A DNA stretch of 64,000 bases from an uncultured Gemmatimonadales bacterium (GTDB taxonomy: Bacteria; Gemmatimonadota; Gemmatimonadetes; Gemmatimonadales; GWC2-71-9). This document shows, in pieces, positions 49,072 through 59,726 of the stretch (position 1 is the first letter of the stretch; the number at the start of each line of letters is the position of its first letter). Made by a program: the position numbers and the translations under genes. The notes beneath the pieces were generated by a model. That model was given only the letters and a program-made list of their open reading frames with translations. It was not told the origin of the DNA and made no database searches. The stretch lies in NCBI GenBank assembly GCA_963844035.1, contig CAWJMT010000035.1, forward strand, positions 1 through 64,000, given 5' to 3'.

Positions 49072-49360
49072 GCGGGTCTTTCTCGCCACCAAGGACCTGA
49101 TGTTCCGGTCCAAGCTTGGCGCCACCGTGGTGGCCGCGGGCGCCGAGATCGTCAAGGACGCGACGGCGTGCGATCTGGTCGTGGTGGACGTTGAAAGCCC
49201 CGGTGCGGTGGACCGCATCCGGGGCTTCGTCACGAGCGGGACGCCCGTGATCGCCTATGGGTCCCACGTGCTCGCGGAACTGCTCCGCGCCGCCCGCGAC
49301 GCCGGCGCGACCGCGGTGCCAAACTCCGAGGTCGAACGCCGGCTACGCGCGGCACTCTGA
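49064..49360 (+). CDS. Small receiver-like hypothetical protein
   Basis: DLMFRSKL, DLVVVDV, IAYGSHV. Confidence 0.65.
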   Translation: MPKRVFLATKDLMFRSKLGATVVAAGAEIVKDATACDLVVVDVESPGAVDRIRGFVTSGTPVIAYGSHVLAELLRAARDAGATAVPNSEVERRLRAAL

Positions 49361-49826
49361 TTACTTGGCCGCGAACTGCACCGGAATCTGGCGCGGCCGC
49401 GCCTTCTCCACCTTGGGCAGCGTGACGGTCAGCACGCCGTGCTGGTAGTTCGCTTTGATACCAGTGGCGTCCACCGTCGTCGGGAGCGTGAACGTGCGCG
49501 CGAACGCGCCGTAGGTACGCTCGTCGCGGTGCACGCGCTCGGTATGCTCCTGCGTCACCTGCTGCTTCGTGCCCTGGATCGTCAGGACGTTGTCTTCGTG
49601 AGAAATCTTCACGTCCTCCGGACTCACACCCGGCACTTCCGCGACGATGCGGATCGCGTCGGCGTCCTCGAAGATGTCCACCGCAGGTACCCATGCGGCC
49701 ACCGTTTCCATCAACGGGCTGCACGTCCAGGCCTCCGAAGGCGTCGTTCAGGAATCGAGTGAGCCGGTGCTCAAGACTGTTCGCTGTGAAGGGATTGGGC
49801 GCGAGACGGCGAGTAATGGTCAACAT
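49361..49826 (-). CDS. Hsp20/alpha-crystallin (frameshift near 49720)
   Basis: WVPAVDIFED, ERTYGAFARTFTLP, GVLTVTLPK; GGAGG RBS before ATG at 49826. Confidence 0.88.
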
Positions 49827-50041
49827 ATGCTTTCTGTCCTCCGCGTGATGTCGAATGGTTACGCTGCTACGACCCGCCGAGCCCATGGGCAATGGGCATG
49901 CCGCGCCCAGGGCACCATTCCTTGCCTTCTTGACACCTCGCCGGAGCGATGGGCTGCCTATTTGTCAATCAAGAAGCTGGAGATGTCAAACCGGCGCGCC
50001 CCTCACCATCGGTGCGGTCGCCTTCTATCTTTCCCGGCCTC

Positions 50042-50605
50042 ATGATTCACACCGTAACGGTCGGTCTCGCGCCCGGGGATGTCCTGGCCCGGGCGAAAGC
50101 GTTCTTCGCGGAGCGGGTCCCGCACGCGAGCGCATTCCCGGAAAAGGAAGGGCCGCAGTTCCTGCTGCTGCGCGGGCAGGGGGGCGAAGAGGTGGTGATC
50201 AGCGCCCGATCGGCCGATGGGGACCAGGCGGCCGGCCGGAGCCTGGTGCGAGCCTCGACGCTGTTCTTCGACCAGGCCGTCGATCGATTCCTGTCTACGC
50301 TTCCACTCGAATCGGAAGTTGACGATTGCGTGAGCGCGGTTTCGGGGACGTTCACGGTGCGCGTCATGGTCACAGACGTGTGGGACCAGGTGGTGCTGGC
50401 CGTTACAGCGACGACGACTGTGGCGGAGCTGAAGCGTGAGGCCCTGACCCGAGCGCTGAGACGCGCCGGGATCGCGCTCGAGCGCTACGTCGTCAAGTTC
50501 CACGGAGCGGAGGTGCTCGACGAGTCCCTCGCGGTCGCGGATCTTGGCGCCGGCCCCAACTCACCGTTCATCGTGCTGCCGTCGCATCGTCAGGCGGTGC
50601 GATGA
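50042..50605 (+). CDS. Hypothetical protein with C-terminal ubiquitin-like (EsaB/YukD-like) domain; may be two genes
   Basis: VRVMVTDVWDQV..TTVAELKREAL..VKFHGAEVLDES..LG pattern; alternative GTG at ~50330. Confidence 0.55.
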   Translation: MIHTVTVGLAPGDVLARAKAFFAERVPHASAFPEKEGPQFLLLRGQGGEEVVISARSADGDQAAGRSLVRASTLFFDQAVDRFLSTLPLESEVDDCVSAVSGTFTVRVMVTDVWDQVVLAVTATTTVAELKREALTRALRRAGIALERYVVKFHGAEVLDESLAVADLGAGPNSPFIVLPSHRQAVR

Positions 50606-50865
50606 GGCCCAGCCGCACGCCGACGACCCTTGCCGTGGGGTTTCTCTCGCTCGACGCCCTGTTACTCGGGTACGCCGGATTCACCGGCGGCCGCCCGCTG
50701 CTCGTGGTGGCCGGCGCCGCATGCGGGCTGGGCGCCGTCCTGGTCATCGCGGCGTGGCGTCGCTACCGGCGTACGCTGGCCGAGCTCGAGGACGCCCGTC
50801 GCGACATCAAGCGCGAGGTGGCCTCGATTCGTGACCTGCTGCAGGGCCATCACCTGAACAACTAG
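50602..50865 (+). CDS. Small membrane protein
   Basis: Two TM helices and a coiled tail; ATGA overlap. Confidence 0.6.
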   Translation: MRPSRTPTTLAVGFLSLDALLLGYAGFTGGRPLLVVAGAACGLGAVLVIAAWRRYRRTLAELEDARRDIKREVASIRDLLQGHHLNN

Positions 50866-50931
50866 TGCCGTTCCAACCACTCATGTCGGGCACGCGGTAC
50901 CTCCGGGCAACCACGGTGGAACGGCACTAGC

Positions 50932-51840
50932 GTGACCACGACCGTGGTGTGGCATCCCGCCGCCGGGTTGCACAACCCCGGGGCAGGGCACCCGGAGCGC
51001 CCCGAACGGATCGCCGCGGTACTCGAGGCCCTGCGCGCACCGGAGTTGTCCCCGCACGTTCGGTGGCACGAGGCGGCGCCCGCGACGCGGGACCAGGTGG
51101 CCGCCGTGCACTCGACGGCATACCTGGACATGCTGGAGCGCGTCGCTGCAGGCGGGGGCGGGCTGCTCGACGAAGACACCATCATGGGTCCGCGCAGCTG
51201 GGAAAGCGCGCTCGCAGCGGCAGGCGTCGCGCTCGCGGCCGTGGAGCGAGGCATCGAGCACGACGGCGGAACGGCCTTCGGGGCTACGCGCCCGCCCGGG
51301 CATCACGCGCTCGCCGGGCGCGCCATGGGGTTCTGCTTCCTCAACAACGTCGTCATCGCGGCTCGCCATGCGCAGCGCCTCGGGCGCGCGCAGGTGCTGA
51401 TCGTTGACTGGGACGTGCATCACGGCAACGGGACGCAGGACCTGGTCGACACCGATGCTTCGATCCGCTACGTGTCGATGCATCAGTATCCCTGGTACCC
51501 GGGGACCGGCGCGGCCAGCGAGCGCGGGATCGGCAACATCTTCAACGTGCCGCAGCCCCCGGGATTGCCGCGGGCAACGTACGTGCGCGACCTGCTCGCG
51601 GCGGTGGACCGGGCACTCGACGGCTGGCGCCCCGACCTGCTGCTCGTGTCGGCGGGATTCGATTCGCTCGCGGGCGATCCACTGGGAGGGTTCACGCTCG
51701 AGCCGGAAGACATGGCACAGTGGACGGTCGCGCTGCGGCAGCGTGTGGCTCCGGCACCGGTGGTCGGCGTGCTCGAGGGCGGATATCGCGTGGAGCGGCT
51801 CGCGGCGGGCGCGCAGGCGCACGTCCGCGCGCTTGCCTGA
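50932..51840 (+). CDS. Histone deacetylase family protein
   Basis: [42 protein letters not shown]. Confidence 0.95.
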   Translation: MTTTVVWHPAAGLHNPGAGHPERPERIAAVLEALRAPELSPHVRWHEAAPATRDQVAAVHSTAYLDMLERVAAGGGGLLDEDTIMGPRSWESALAAAGVALAAVERGIEHDGGTAFGATRPPGHHALAGRAMGFCFLNNVVIAARHAQRLGRAQVLIVDWDVHHGNGTQDLVDTDASIRYVSMHQYPWYPGTGAASERGIGNIFNVPQPPGLPRATYVRDLLAAVDRALDGWRPDLLLVSAGFDSLAGDPLGGFTLEPEDMAQWTVALRQRVAPAPVVGVLEGGYRVERLAAGAQAHVRALA

Positions 51841-51867
51841 GCGCACGCGGCGCGGGATACTTGCATT

Positions 51868-52881
51868 GTGAAGCTCACGACCGAAGTCATCACGCTGCGC
51901 ACGCGGCACCCATTCGTGATCGCGCGCGGCGGCTCGAGCGACTATCGCGTGGTCTGGGTCCGGCTGACCGACGCCGCTGGACGGGAGGGATGGGGTGAGG
52001 CCGACCCGTCTTCCTACTATAAGGAGACCGCGGATACCGTTCTGGCGGCTCTCAAGAAGATGGAGCCGCACCTTCCCGCCGACCCGTTTGCCCTCGAGCA
52101 AGCTGATGCCCACTTCGCGCAGGTCGCTCCCAACGATCGGGCGGCGCGCGCGGCGCTCTCGGCCGCGCTCCACGACCTGGTGGGCAAGCGCCTCGGACAG
52201 CCCGTATGGCGCTTGTGGGGGCTCGATCCGGACCGCGCTCCCCTGTCATCCTTTACCATCGGGCTGGATACTCCCGAGCGGATGCGGCAGAAGGTGGCGG
52301 AGGCGGAGCAGTACCCGATCTTGAAGATCAAGTTGGGCACCGATCGGGACGAAGAGATTCTCCGCACGATCCGCGACGCGACGGACAAGCCGCTCAGGGT
52401 GGACGCCAACGCGGGATGGACGCGCGAGCGGGCGATTGCCATGCTCCCGGTCCTGCGGGATTTCGGCGTGGAGTTCCTGGAGCAGCCCCTGGCACCGGAC
52501 GATCTCGAGGGCATTGCCGCCGTGCGCCGCGAAGAGGTACTCCCGGTGATCGTGGACGAGAGCTGCCTGATCGCCGCCGACATCCCGCGCCTGGCGGGCG
52601 TGGCGGACGGCATCAACATCAAGCTGGCGAAGTGCGGCTCGCTGCGGGAAGCGCTGCGGATGATCGCCACCGCGCGGGCGCACGGGATGCTGGTGATGCT
52701 GGGATGCATGATCGAGTCGTCGCTCGGGATCACGGCGGCCGCGCAGCTCGCGCCGCTGCTCGATGCCGCCGATCTCGACGGGGCGGCGCTGACGGCGAAC
52801 GACCCGTTCGTTGGCGCGACCATCGATGGCGGCAAGATCCACCTGCCGACCGAGCCGGGGTTGGGCGTCCGCCAGCGATGA
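51868..52881 (+). CDS. Dipeptide (L-Ala-D/L-Glu) epimerase, enolase superfamily
   Basis: KIK, DANAGW, EQP, DES, NIKLAKCG, GCMIES, DLDG. Confidence 0.92.
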   Translation: MKLTTEVITLRTRHPFVIARGGSSDYRVVWVRLTDAAGREGWGEADPSSYYKETADTVLAALKKMEPHLPADPFALEQADAHFAQVAPNDRAARAALSAALHDLVGKRLGQPVWRLWGLDPDRAPLSSFTIGLDTPERMRQKVAEAEQYPILKIKLGTDRDEEILRTIRDATDKPLRVDANAGWTRERAIAMLPVLRDFGVEFLEQPLAPDDLEGIAAVRREEVLPVIVDESCLIAADIPRLAGVADGINIKLAKCGSLREALRMIATARAHGMLVMLGCMIESSLGITAAAQLAPLLDAADLDGAALTANDPFVGATIDGGKIHLPTEPGLGVRQR

Positions 52882-55127
52882 GCGGAACGCCGGCCGCCGA
52901 AGTCGTCCTTCCGCTTCCGATCTCCCGCCCGTACACGTACCGGATCCCTCCCGGTCTCGCCGCGCGTGTCGTGCCGGGGGCGCGCGTGCTCGTCCCGGTC
53001 CGGCAACGGCACGCGATCGGCGTCGTCATGTCCGTCATCGACGCCGAGGCGGCGCGCGACCTCAAGACGATCCTCGCCGTTCCCGATGCCGACCCGGCGC
53101 TGTCTCCGGCGTTGTTGCGGCTGGCGCGCTGGATCGCCGGGTACTACGGCGCGCCGCTCGGGTTGACGCTCCGCGCCATGCTTCCCGGGACGCTGTGGCA
53201 GGCGGAGCGCCCGGAGGGGCCGCGCGACGCCGAGGAGCGCGTGCTCGTCCTCACCCAGCGCCTCCCCTCGCTGCTCGAGCGGGAGCGCACGTTCCAGCGC
53301 GCTCCCAAACGCCGTCTTGCCTATGAGGCGGTAGAAGCGCTCGGCGGCTCGGCGCCACTGCGGCACCTCACGACGCAGCTCAAGTTCTCCGCCGCCGTGC
53401 TCGACGGCCTGGTGCAGCCAACAGCTGGCAAGGGTCGAGCGGGTGGCGCAGCTCCGCGACCCGTTTGCCGACCTCGCGACACCGCCTCCACCCACCCTCA
53501 GCCCCGACCAGCGGCGCGTCGTGGACGACATCGCCGCGACCCCGCCCGACGTGCCGGTGCTGATCCACGGGGTCACCGGATCGGGGAAGACGCTGGTCTA
53601 TCTCGAGGTCGTGCGCCGCCTGGTGGAGCAGGGGCGCGGGGCGATCCTGCTGGTTCCGGAAATTGCGTTGACGCCCCAGACCGTCGCGCGGGTCCGGGGC
53701 GTGTTCGGCGATCAGGTGGCCGTGCTGCACTCGGGGTTGTCCGACGGCGAACGCGTCGATGCCTGGCGCGCGCTGCGCAGCGGCGAGCGACTCGTGGCCG
53801 TGGGCCCACGCTCGGCGGTGTTCGCGCCGGTGCAGCGGCTCGGCGCGATCGTCGTGGACGAGGAGCACGAGGGCAGCTACAAGCAGGGGACCGCGCCCCG
53901 CTACCACGCCCGCGACGTCGCCCGGGTACGGGCCCAGCTCGAGGATGCGCGCCTGGTGCTGGGCAGCGCGACGCCGTCGCTCGAGACGCTGCACCAGGGG
54001 GAAGCGGGGGTAGTGCGCGTGTTCGGTCTGCCGCAGCGGATCGATGCGCGGCCGTTGCCGCCTGTGACCGTGGTGGATTTGCGCACCGCGCCGCGCGTGC
54101 CCGAGGCGCGGGGCGTACCCTGGAGCGAAGCCCTGGACGCCGCCGTGAGCGAGGCGCTGGCCCAACACGATCAGATCATTCTTCTCCTCAACCGCCGCGG
54201 CTTCGCGACCTATCTGCAATGTCCCGCCTGTGGCGACGTGCGCGAGTGTCCGCGGTGCGCCATCACCCTCACGGTGCACCAGACGCCGCCCGCGCTGCGC
54301 TGCCACTACTGCGGCCACGAGGAGCCGGTGGCGCCGTCGTGCCGGAAGTGCGGGCACGAGACCCAGCGGATGCGGGGGATCGGCACGCAGCAGCTCGAGC
54401 ATTTCGTGGCGCTGCGGTTTCCCGAGGCCCGAATCGCCCGGATGGACCTGGACACGACCAGCACCAAGTGGGCGCACCACCACATTCTCGAGCGGGTGGC
54501 GCGTCGCGAGATCGACATCCTGCTCGGCACGCAGATGATCGCCAAGGGCCTCGATTTTCCCGGCGTGACCCTGGTGGGCGTGGTCGATGCGGACACGGGT
54601 CTGCACCTGCCCGACTTTCGCGCGGCCGAGCGCACGTTTCAGCTCGTGGCACAGGTCGCGGGTCGCGCGGGGCGGGGCCCGAAGGGCGGGCGGGTGCTGG
54701 TGCAGACGCGCGCGCCGGAGCACCACGCGATCCGCGCGGCGCAGGCGCACTCGGTGCGGGACTTCGCCGCGGCCGAGCTGCCGCTGCGGGCACCGCCGAA
54801 CCCGGTGTACCCGCCATTCACGGGCCTGGTGCGGTTCGTCGCCGCCGACGAGGATGCGGACGCCGCCGCCCGGGCCGCGGCGGACGTCGCCGCCTGGGTG
54901 CGGCGCGTGGGAGCGGAGCAGCTCGAGGGCGCGCTGCTCGTGCTGGGGCCCGCGCCCTGCCCGGTCCCGCGGCTCAAGAACCGCTGGCGCTGGCACGTGC
55001 TCGTCAAAGCGACGGAGCCGCGCGCCATCGGGCAAGTCGTGCGCGCATGGGGGCGGGGAAAGGCGGCCGCGGGGGGGGCGCGCCGGCCGGTGGTATCGTG
55101 GATCGCGATCCCGTGACGCTGCTGTAG
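52878..55127 (+). CDS. priA: Primosomal protein N' (frameshifts near 53425 and 55085)
   Basis: GVTGSGKT, VPEIALTPQ, DEEH, LGSATPS, four CxxC, GTQMIAKGLDFP, terminal VDRDPVTLL. Confidence 0.93.
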   Translation: MSGTPAAEVVLPLPISRPYTYRIPPGLAARVVPGARVLVPVRQRHAIGVVMSVIDAEAARDLKTILAVPDADPALSPALLRLARWIAGYYGAPLGLTLRAMLPGTLWQAERPEGPRDAEERVLVLTQRLPSLLERERTFQRAPKRRLAYEAVEALGGSAPLRHLTTQLKFSAAVLDGLVQPTAGKGRAGGAAPRPVCRPRDTASTHPQPRPAARRGRHRRDPARRAGADPRGHRIGEDAGLSRGRAPPGGAGARGDPAGSGNCVDAPDRRAGPGRVRRSGGRAALGVVRRRTRRCLARAAQRRATRGRGPTLGGVRAGAAARRDRRGRGARGQLQAGDRAPLPRPRRRPGTGPARGCAPGAGQRDAVARDAAPGGSGGSARVRSAAADRCAAVAACDRGGFAHRAARARGAGRTLERSPGRRRERGAGPTRSDHSSPQPPRLRDLSAMSRLWRRARVSAVRHHPHGAPDAARAALPLLRPRGAGGAVVPEVRARDPADAGDRHAAARAFRGAAVSRGPNRPDGPGHDQHQVGAPPHSRAGGASRDRHPARHADDRQGPRFSRRDPGGRGRCGHGSAPARLSRGRAHVSARGTGRGSRGAGPEGRAGAGADARAGAPRDPRGAGALGAGLRRGRAAAAGTAEPGVPAIHGPGAVRRRRRGCGRRRPGRGGRRRLGAARGSGAARGRAARAGARALPGPAAQEPLALARARQSDGAARHRASRARMGAGKGGRGGGAPAGGIVDRDPVTLL

Positions 55128-55167
55128 CCCGGCGGACATTGCGTCAAGGGTTTGGGAACAGATACCT

Positions 55168-56298
55168 TTGGCGTCCGTGACCCTCCCTCGCTTCCGGTAT
55201 CGTCCCCCCAACTTTCATACGCCGCCGCTCGCGGACGCGCCTGAGGCGCGCTTTGAGCTTGCGCCGGCGGATGGGGTGCTTCCGGACGGGTTCTTTTCGA
55301 CCACCAACCTGCCCACCTACCTGAAGGTCGGCACCTGGCGCCGTCCGCGCCTGCCGCGCATGGACTGCGTGGTGGTGCGGCAAGCGAACGGCGACCTGGT
55401 GGTCACCGAGCCCCGCAAGGTGCCGAAGGGTGGTCTGGTCGCCGTCGGGGTGGCGGAGGATGGCAGCGAAGGGATCTACGTGCACGCCGAGGGGTTCCTG
55501 GGCGGGCGCCACAGCGCCAACGAATTCGGGTTCATGCAGACCGAGGTGTCGCGCGAGCGGCCGGTGGACTACGCGGTCCTGGCGCAGCTGCTGGGAGAAG
55601 AGAAGCAACGCGGTGGCAAGGTGCTGTGGGTGGTTGGGCCCGCCCTGGTGCACGCCCGGGCCCGCATGGACATGATCTGGTTCATCGAGAACGGCTACGC
55701 CAACGTGCTGTTCGGCGGCAATGCGGTCGCCGTGCACGACCTCGAGGCCGCGATCTTCGGCACCACGCTGGGAATGTCGAGCTCCGGGGAAGGCGTGGAA
55801 GGCGGCCACGCGCTGCACATGCGGGCCATCAACGCCATCCGCCGGGCGGGGTCGATCGCCGCGGCGGTGGAGCAGGGGCTTGTGACCGAGGGTATCATGC
55901 ACGCGCTCGTGACGCACGACGTGCCGTTCGTGCTGGCGGGCTCGATCCGGGACGATGGCCCCCTGCCGGAAGTGGTGACCGACACGCGGGCCGCGCAGGA
56001 TGCGATGCGCGCCTACACGACGCAGGTCACATTTGCGGTGTTCGTGGCGACGGCGCTCCACGCGATCGCCGTCGGCAACATGCTGCCCGCGTTCGTGGAC
56101 GGTTCCACGGTGGAAGATGTGCGGCCGCTCACCACCATCTGTGTGGACCAGACCGAGTTCGTGGTCACCAAATTGAAGGACCGGGGAACGCACCAGGCCT
56201 TCGGGGTCGTTACCAACGCGCAGGATTTCATGCACGTGCTGCGGTTCTACGTGGAGCGATGGGAGCAAGCCCAGACTCCGGCGTCGGCCGTCCGCTGA
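55168..56298 (+). CDS. TIGR00300-like protein (ornithine cyclodeaminase-like)
   Basis: APADGVLPDGFFSTTN, FGFMQTEVSRE, GNAVAVHD, LAGSIRDDGPLP, LHAIAVGNM, KLKDRG. Confidence 0.85.
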   Translation: MASVTLPRFRYRPPNFHTPPLADAPEARFELAPADGVLPDGFFSTTNLPTYLKVGTWRRPRLPRMDCVVVRQANGDLVVTEPRKVPKGGLVAVGVAEDGSEGIYVHAEGFLGGRHSANEFGFMQTEVSRERPVDYAVLAQLLGEEKQRGGKVLWVVGPALVHARARMDMIWFIENGYANVLFGGNAVAVHDLEAAIFGTTLGMSSSGEGVEGGHALHMRAINAIRRAGSIAAAVEQGLVTEGIMHALVTHDVPFVLAGSIRDDGPLPEVVTDTRAAQDAMRAYTTQVTFAVFVATALHAIAVGNMLPAFVDGSTVEDVRPLTTICVDQTEFVVTKLKDRGTHQAFGVVTNAQDFMHVLRFYVERWEQAQTPASAVR

Positions 56299-56651
56299 GC
56301 GTCGGCGCGGGTCCCGGCTGGGCGCAGCTGGCGACTGCCGTGGCGGCGCAGGTGCCTCCCGCGGAGATCGAGACGATCTATCTCTTCCGGCCGCTCAAGC
56401 GGGAGGGGCGCGAGTGGGGCACCGCCGTCGTGACGCGTCGCGCGGAGGAGGGAAGCCGGTTGCGCGTGTACACGGCGCGGTACATGCTCATCCTCCGGGG
56501 CAAGGAGCGCGGGCGCTGGAAGGGGGACGTCGAAGAGGTGGCGCTGTCGCCGGCGGAAGTGCTGGCGCAGGTGATGCAGGCAGCGGTGGATCGCTCGGGC
56601 GATCCGGAGCCGCCGGTCATCGTCGAGAGGTCGGCCTGGTATGAAGTATGA
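56295..56651 (+). CDS. Conserved hypothetical protein (start uncertain)
   Basis: Globular-looking tail of a longer ORF (IYLFRPLKREGREWGTAVV, RVYTARY), overlapping the fur start. Confidence 0.6.
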   Translation: MSVGAGPGWAQLATAVAAQVPPAEIETIYLFRPLKREGREWGTAVVTRRAEEGSRLRVYTARYMLILRGKERGRWKGDVEEVALSPAEVLAQVMQAAVDRSGDPEPPVIVERSAWYEV

Positions 56652-57112
56652 AGGTTGACGGCAGCAAGCTGCTGGGAGAATTCCGGCAGTATTTGAGCGA
56701 TCACAACCTGCCCGCGACCAACCAGCGTCTGGCGGTCGCGGAGGCGGTGTTCTTTGCAACCGACCATCTGTCGGTGGACGACGTCGCGCGTCAGGCGGCG
56801 AAGCGCGGCGCCCCGGTCGGAACGGCGACGGTGTACCGTTCGCTCGACCTGCTGGTGCGCAGCGGGCTGGTCAAGGAGCACGACTTTGGCGAGGGCTTCA
56901 AGCGCTACGAGGCGATGCTCCCGGGTCAGGCGCACGAGCATTGCATCTGTACGTCGTGCGGCAGCGTGTTGGAGTTCTCCAACGATCGCCTGGAACGGAT
57001 GATCGCGCTGCTCGCGGAGGAGGTGGACTTCCGTCCCCACCACCACCGTCTGGATGTGTACGGTCTGTGCCGGAGCTGTCAGCAGGCAAACCCCCTAGCG
57101 CGGGCGAGGTAA
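56648..57112 (+). CDS. fur: Fur family transcriptional regulator
   Basis: [31 protein letters not shown]. Confidence 0.92.
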   Translation: MKVDGSKLLGEFRQYLSDHNLPATNQRLAVAEAVFFATDHLSVDDVARQAAKRGAPVGTATVYRSLDLLVRSGLVKEHDFGEGFKRYEAMLPGQAHEHCICTSCGSVLEFSNDRLERMIALLAEEVDFRPHHHRLDVYGLCRSCQQANPLARAR

Positions 57113-57132
57113 CGAGCTTGATCGACTCACGC

Positions 57133-57678
57133 ATGTTCGTTCCGACCAAGGCATTCCTCACCAAGGGCGTCGGCCGGCATAAGGAAAAACTCACGAGCTT
57201 CGAGATGGCCCTGCGGGACGCCCATCTTGCCAACTTCAACCTCGTCCGCGTGAGCTCCATCTTTCCGCCCGAGTGCGAATTGGTGGACCGGGAGGAGGGG
57301 CTCACCCTGATGCGGCCCGGCCAGGTGGTGTTCGCGGTGATCGCGGAGTCGTCGACCAACGAGCCGAGTCGCCTCGTCGCGGCGTCGATCGGCGTGGCGA
57401 TGCCCGCCGACCAGACCCATCACGGCTACATCTCCGAGCACCACACCTATGGACAGAACGAAATCGTGGCGGGGGAATACGCCGAGGATCTCGCCGCGTC
57501 CATGCTGGCGACCGTGCTCGGCGTCCCGTTCGACCCGGAGCAGGCCTGGGATCAGCGGCGTGAGCAGTGGATGGTCTCCGGCGAGATCGTCCGCACCATG
57601 AACGTCACGTCCACCGCCGAGTGCGGTCCGGATGGCCGCTGGACCACGGTCGTGTCCGCGGTCTGCTTCTGCGGGTGA
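57133..57678 (+). CDS. pdaD: Pyruvoyl-dependent arginine decarboxylase
   Basis: [20 protein letters not shown] self-cleavage site, [17 protein letters not shown]. Confidence 0.9.
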   Translation: MFVPTKAFLTKGVGRHKEKLTSFEMALRDAHLANFNLVRVSSIFPPECELVDREEGLTLMRPGQVVFAVIAESSTNEPSRLVAASIGVAMPADQTHHGYISEHHTYGQNEIVAGEYAEDLAASMLATVLGVPFDPEQAWDQRREQWMVSGEIVRTMNVTSTAECGPDGRWTTVVSAVCFCG

Positions 57679-57689
57679 CGTAACCTCCC

Positions 57690-58441
57690 ATGCTTGTCCT
57701 GCAGGCGGCGCTCGACGCGGGGCGCAATGTCTCGTTCGTCGTGGCGTTTACGGCTGGACTGCTGAGCTTTCTGTCGCCCTGCGTCCTGCCGCTCATCCCG
57801 AGCTACGTCGGCTTTCTCACCGGCATGTCCGTCGAAGAGCTGCAGACGAAGCGCGGCACCGCGCTGCTCCACGCCCTGTGGTTCGTGGCCGGGTTCTCCA
57901 TCGTCTTCATGGCGCTCGGCGCGACCGCGTCGGTGTTGGGCGGGTTCATGCTCCGCTACCACGTGTGGATCGGGCGCATCGGCGGCGTGCTGGTGCTGCT
58001 CGTTCGGGTTGTATCTGCTGGGCGTGTTGCGTCCGGCGTTCCTGATGCAGGAGCGGCGCATCCAGCTGGCGCGGAAACCCCTGGGATATGCCGGCTCAGC
58101 GCTCGTGGGCGTGGCGTTCGGCGCCGCCTGGACGCCCTGCATCGGCCCGATTCTCGGCGCGATCCTGACGCTGGCGGCGGAGGCGGCCAGCGTGGCGCAG
58201 GGGACGGCCCTGCTCGGCGTCTACGCCCTCGGGCTCGCCGTCCCGTTCGTGCTGACCGCAGTGGCGCTGGATCGGTTTCTGGTGTGGTTCCAGAGGTTCC
58301 GTCCGTACATCGTGTGGGTGGAACGAATCGCCGGCGTGATGTTAGATACTTCTGGGTGTGCTCCTGATCACCGACCGCTTCAGCTTGCTCGCGGGATACT
58401 TGCAAGGACTGACCCCCGAATTTCTGAAGCGGCGGTTGTAG
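57690..58441 (+). CDS. ccdA: Cytochrome c biogenesis protein CcdA (frameshifted)
   Basis: AGLLSFLSPCVLPLIP and AWTPCIGPILG in different frames. Confidence 0.88.
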
Positions 58442-58507
58442 AAACGAGCACGGCGGGTACCACATTCCTATATTAGGTGGTACGTACCACCCCAGAGGAG
58501 AAAGACG

Positions 58508-59278
58508 ATGACCGGTAATCAGTGGATACGACTGAGCGCCGCGTTGAGCCTGGCGGCGGTGCTCGGCTGTGCCAAGGGCGAGCAGAGTCAGACTCGCCGA
58601 CAGCACGGCCCGCAACCTGACGCTCGCGCCGACCGAATCGACCGCGGCGATGAAGGACGTTCCGGCGCCCGAAGAGCAGCCCGCCGCCCCCGCGCCCAAG
58701 CCGGCGCCCAAACCCAAGCCGAAGCCCCGCCACCCGCCCCCACGAGCTACACGCTCCGGGCCGGTACCGGGGTTGCCATGAGCATCGACGACTCCATCAC
58801 GACGCGCCACGCCAAGGCGGGTGACACCTTCAAAGCGACCGTCAGCGAGGACATCCGGGATGCCTCGGGGCACGTAGTGATTCCGATGGGCTCGGTGGTG
58901 ACGGGAACGGTCGTCAGCGCGGTGCCCGCGCCCAATCCGCGCGCGACCGGTCACCTCGACCTGGCGGTGAGCACCGTGGCAGTGCGCGGCGTGGTCTATA
59001 CCGTCGAAGGCACGGTGGATTCCAAGGACAGCGTGATGCAAGGACGTGGTGTCACGACGGCGGACGCCGGCAAAGTGGCCGCGGGCGCGGCGGTCGGCGC
59101 CATCGCGGGCAAGCTGTTCGGTAAGAACACGAAGGGTGCGGTGATCGGTGGTGCCGCGGGTGCGGCGGCGGGTGGCGTGGTCGCCTCGCGGTCGCGCGAC
59201 ATCGATGTGCTGCTTCCCGCGGGCGCGGGTATTCACGTGACGCTGTCGGCGCCGCTGACGGTGAGCGCGCGTCGCTGA
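58508..59278 (+). CDS. Pro-rich lipoprotein with glycine zipper (probable compensating indels)
   Basis: GAGGA RBS, LGC lipobox, GAAVGAIAG..GAVIGGAAGAAAG; same architecture as 2404-3237. Confidence 0.7.
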   Translation: MTGNQWIRLSAALSLAAVLGCAKGEQSQTRRQHGPQPDARADRIDRGDEGRSGARRAARRPRAQAGAQTQAEAPPPAPTSYTLRAGTGVAMSIDDSITTRHAKAGDTFKATVSEDIRDASGHVVIPMGSVVTGTVVSAVPAPNPRATGHLDLAVSTVAVRGVVYTVEGTVDSKDSVMQGRGVTTADAGKVAAGAAVGAIAGKLFGKNTKGAVIGGAAGAAAGGVVASRSRDIDVLLPAGAGIHVTLSAPLTVSARR

Positions 59279-59372
59279 GCTAGAGCGTGACCGGGTCGCC
59301 ATGTTTGGGGCCCGGTCACACCGCAGGCATCTACAACCTTCGAGCCATCCCAGCACGCCCGGGCCGATCCCT

Positions 59373-59627
59373 GTGTTCCACGAGTTGCTGCGATACCTGC
59401 TCATTGCTGCCGCGCTGGCCAGTGTGATCTACGGTGTTGTCAATTTTCCGGGTTCTCACCTGCGCTCTGCGACCTATGTTACGCGTCCGAAGGTGTGGTG
59501 GTGGTCACCGTGGCGCTTCTTCAGCGATGACGAATGGACAGCGGAGGGACTCACCTACCGGCGCCGATTCGTGATGTGGTGCCTGCTGTCGGTTGGGCTC
59601 CTCATGGCCGTCATGTGGCTCCTGTAG
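59373..59627 (+). CDS. Small hypothetical membrane protein
   Basis: Two TM helices; WTAEGLTYRRRF. Confidence 0.5.
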   Translation: MFHELLRYLLIAAALASVIYGVVNFPGSHLRSATYVTRPKVWWWSPWRFFSDDEWTAEGLTYRRRFVMWCLLSVGLLMAVMWLL

Positions 59628-59726
59628 AACCGATGCCTAAGGAGGTATCTACGGTCAACGAGCCTGCACAGCACCCAACTACTGCGCGCGACTACAGCGC
59701 GCTCATCATCCTCGCGGAGAACGAGC

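Noticed and set aside
52206..55127. 973-aa ORF as a novel fusion
   Set aside because: It is a composite of an epimerase shadow frame, the true PriA N-terminus and an off-frame remainder.
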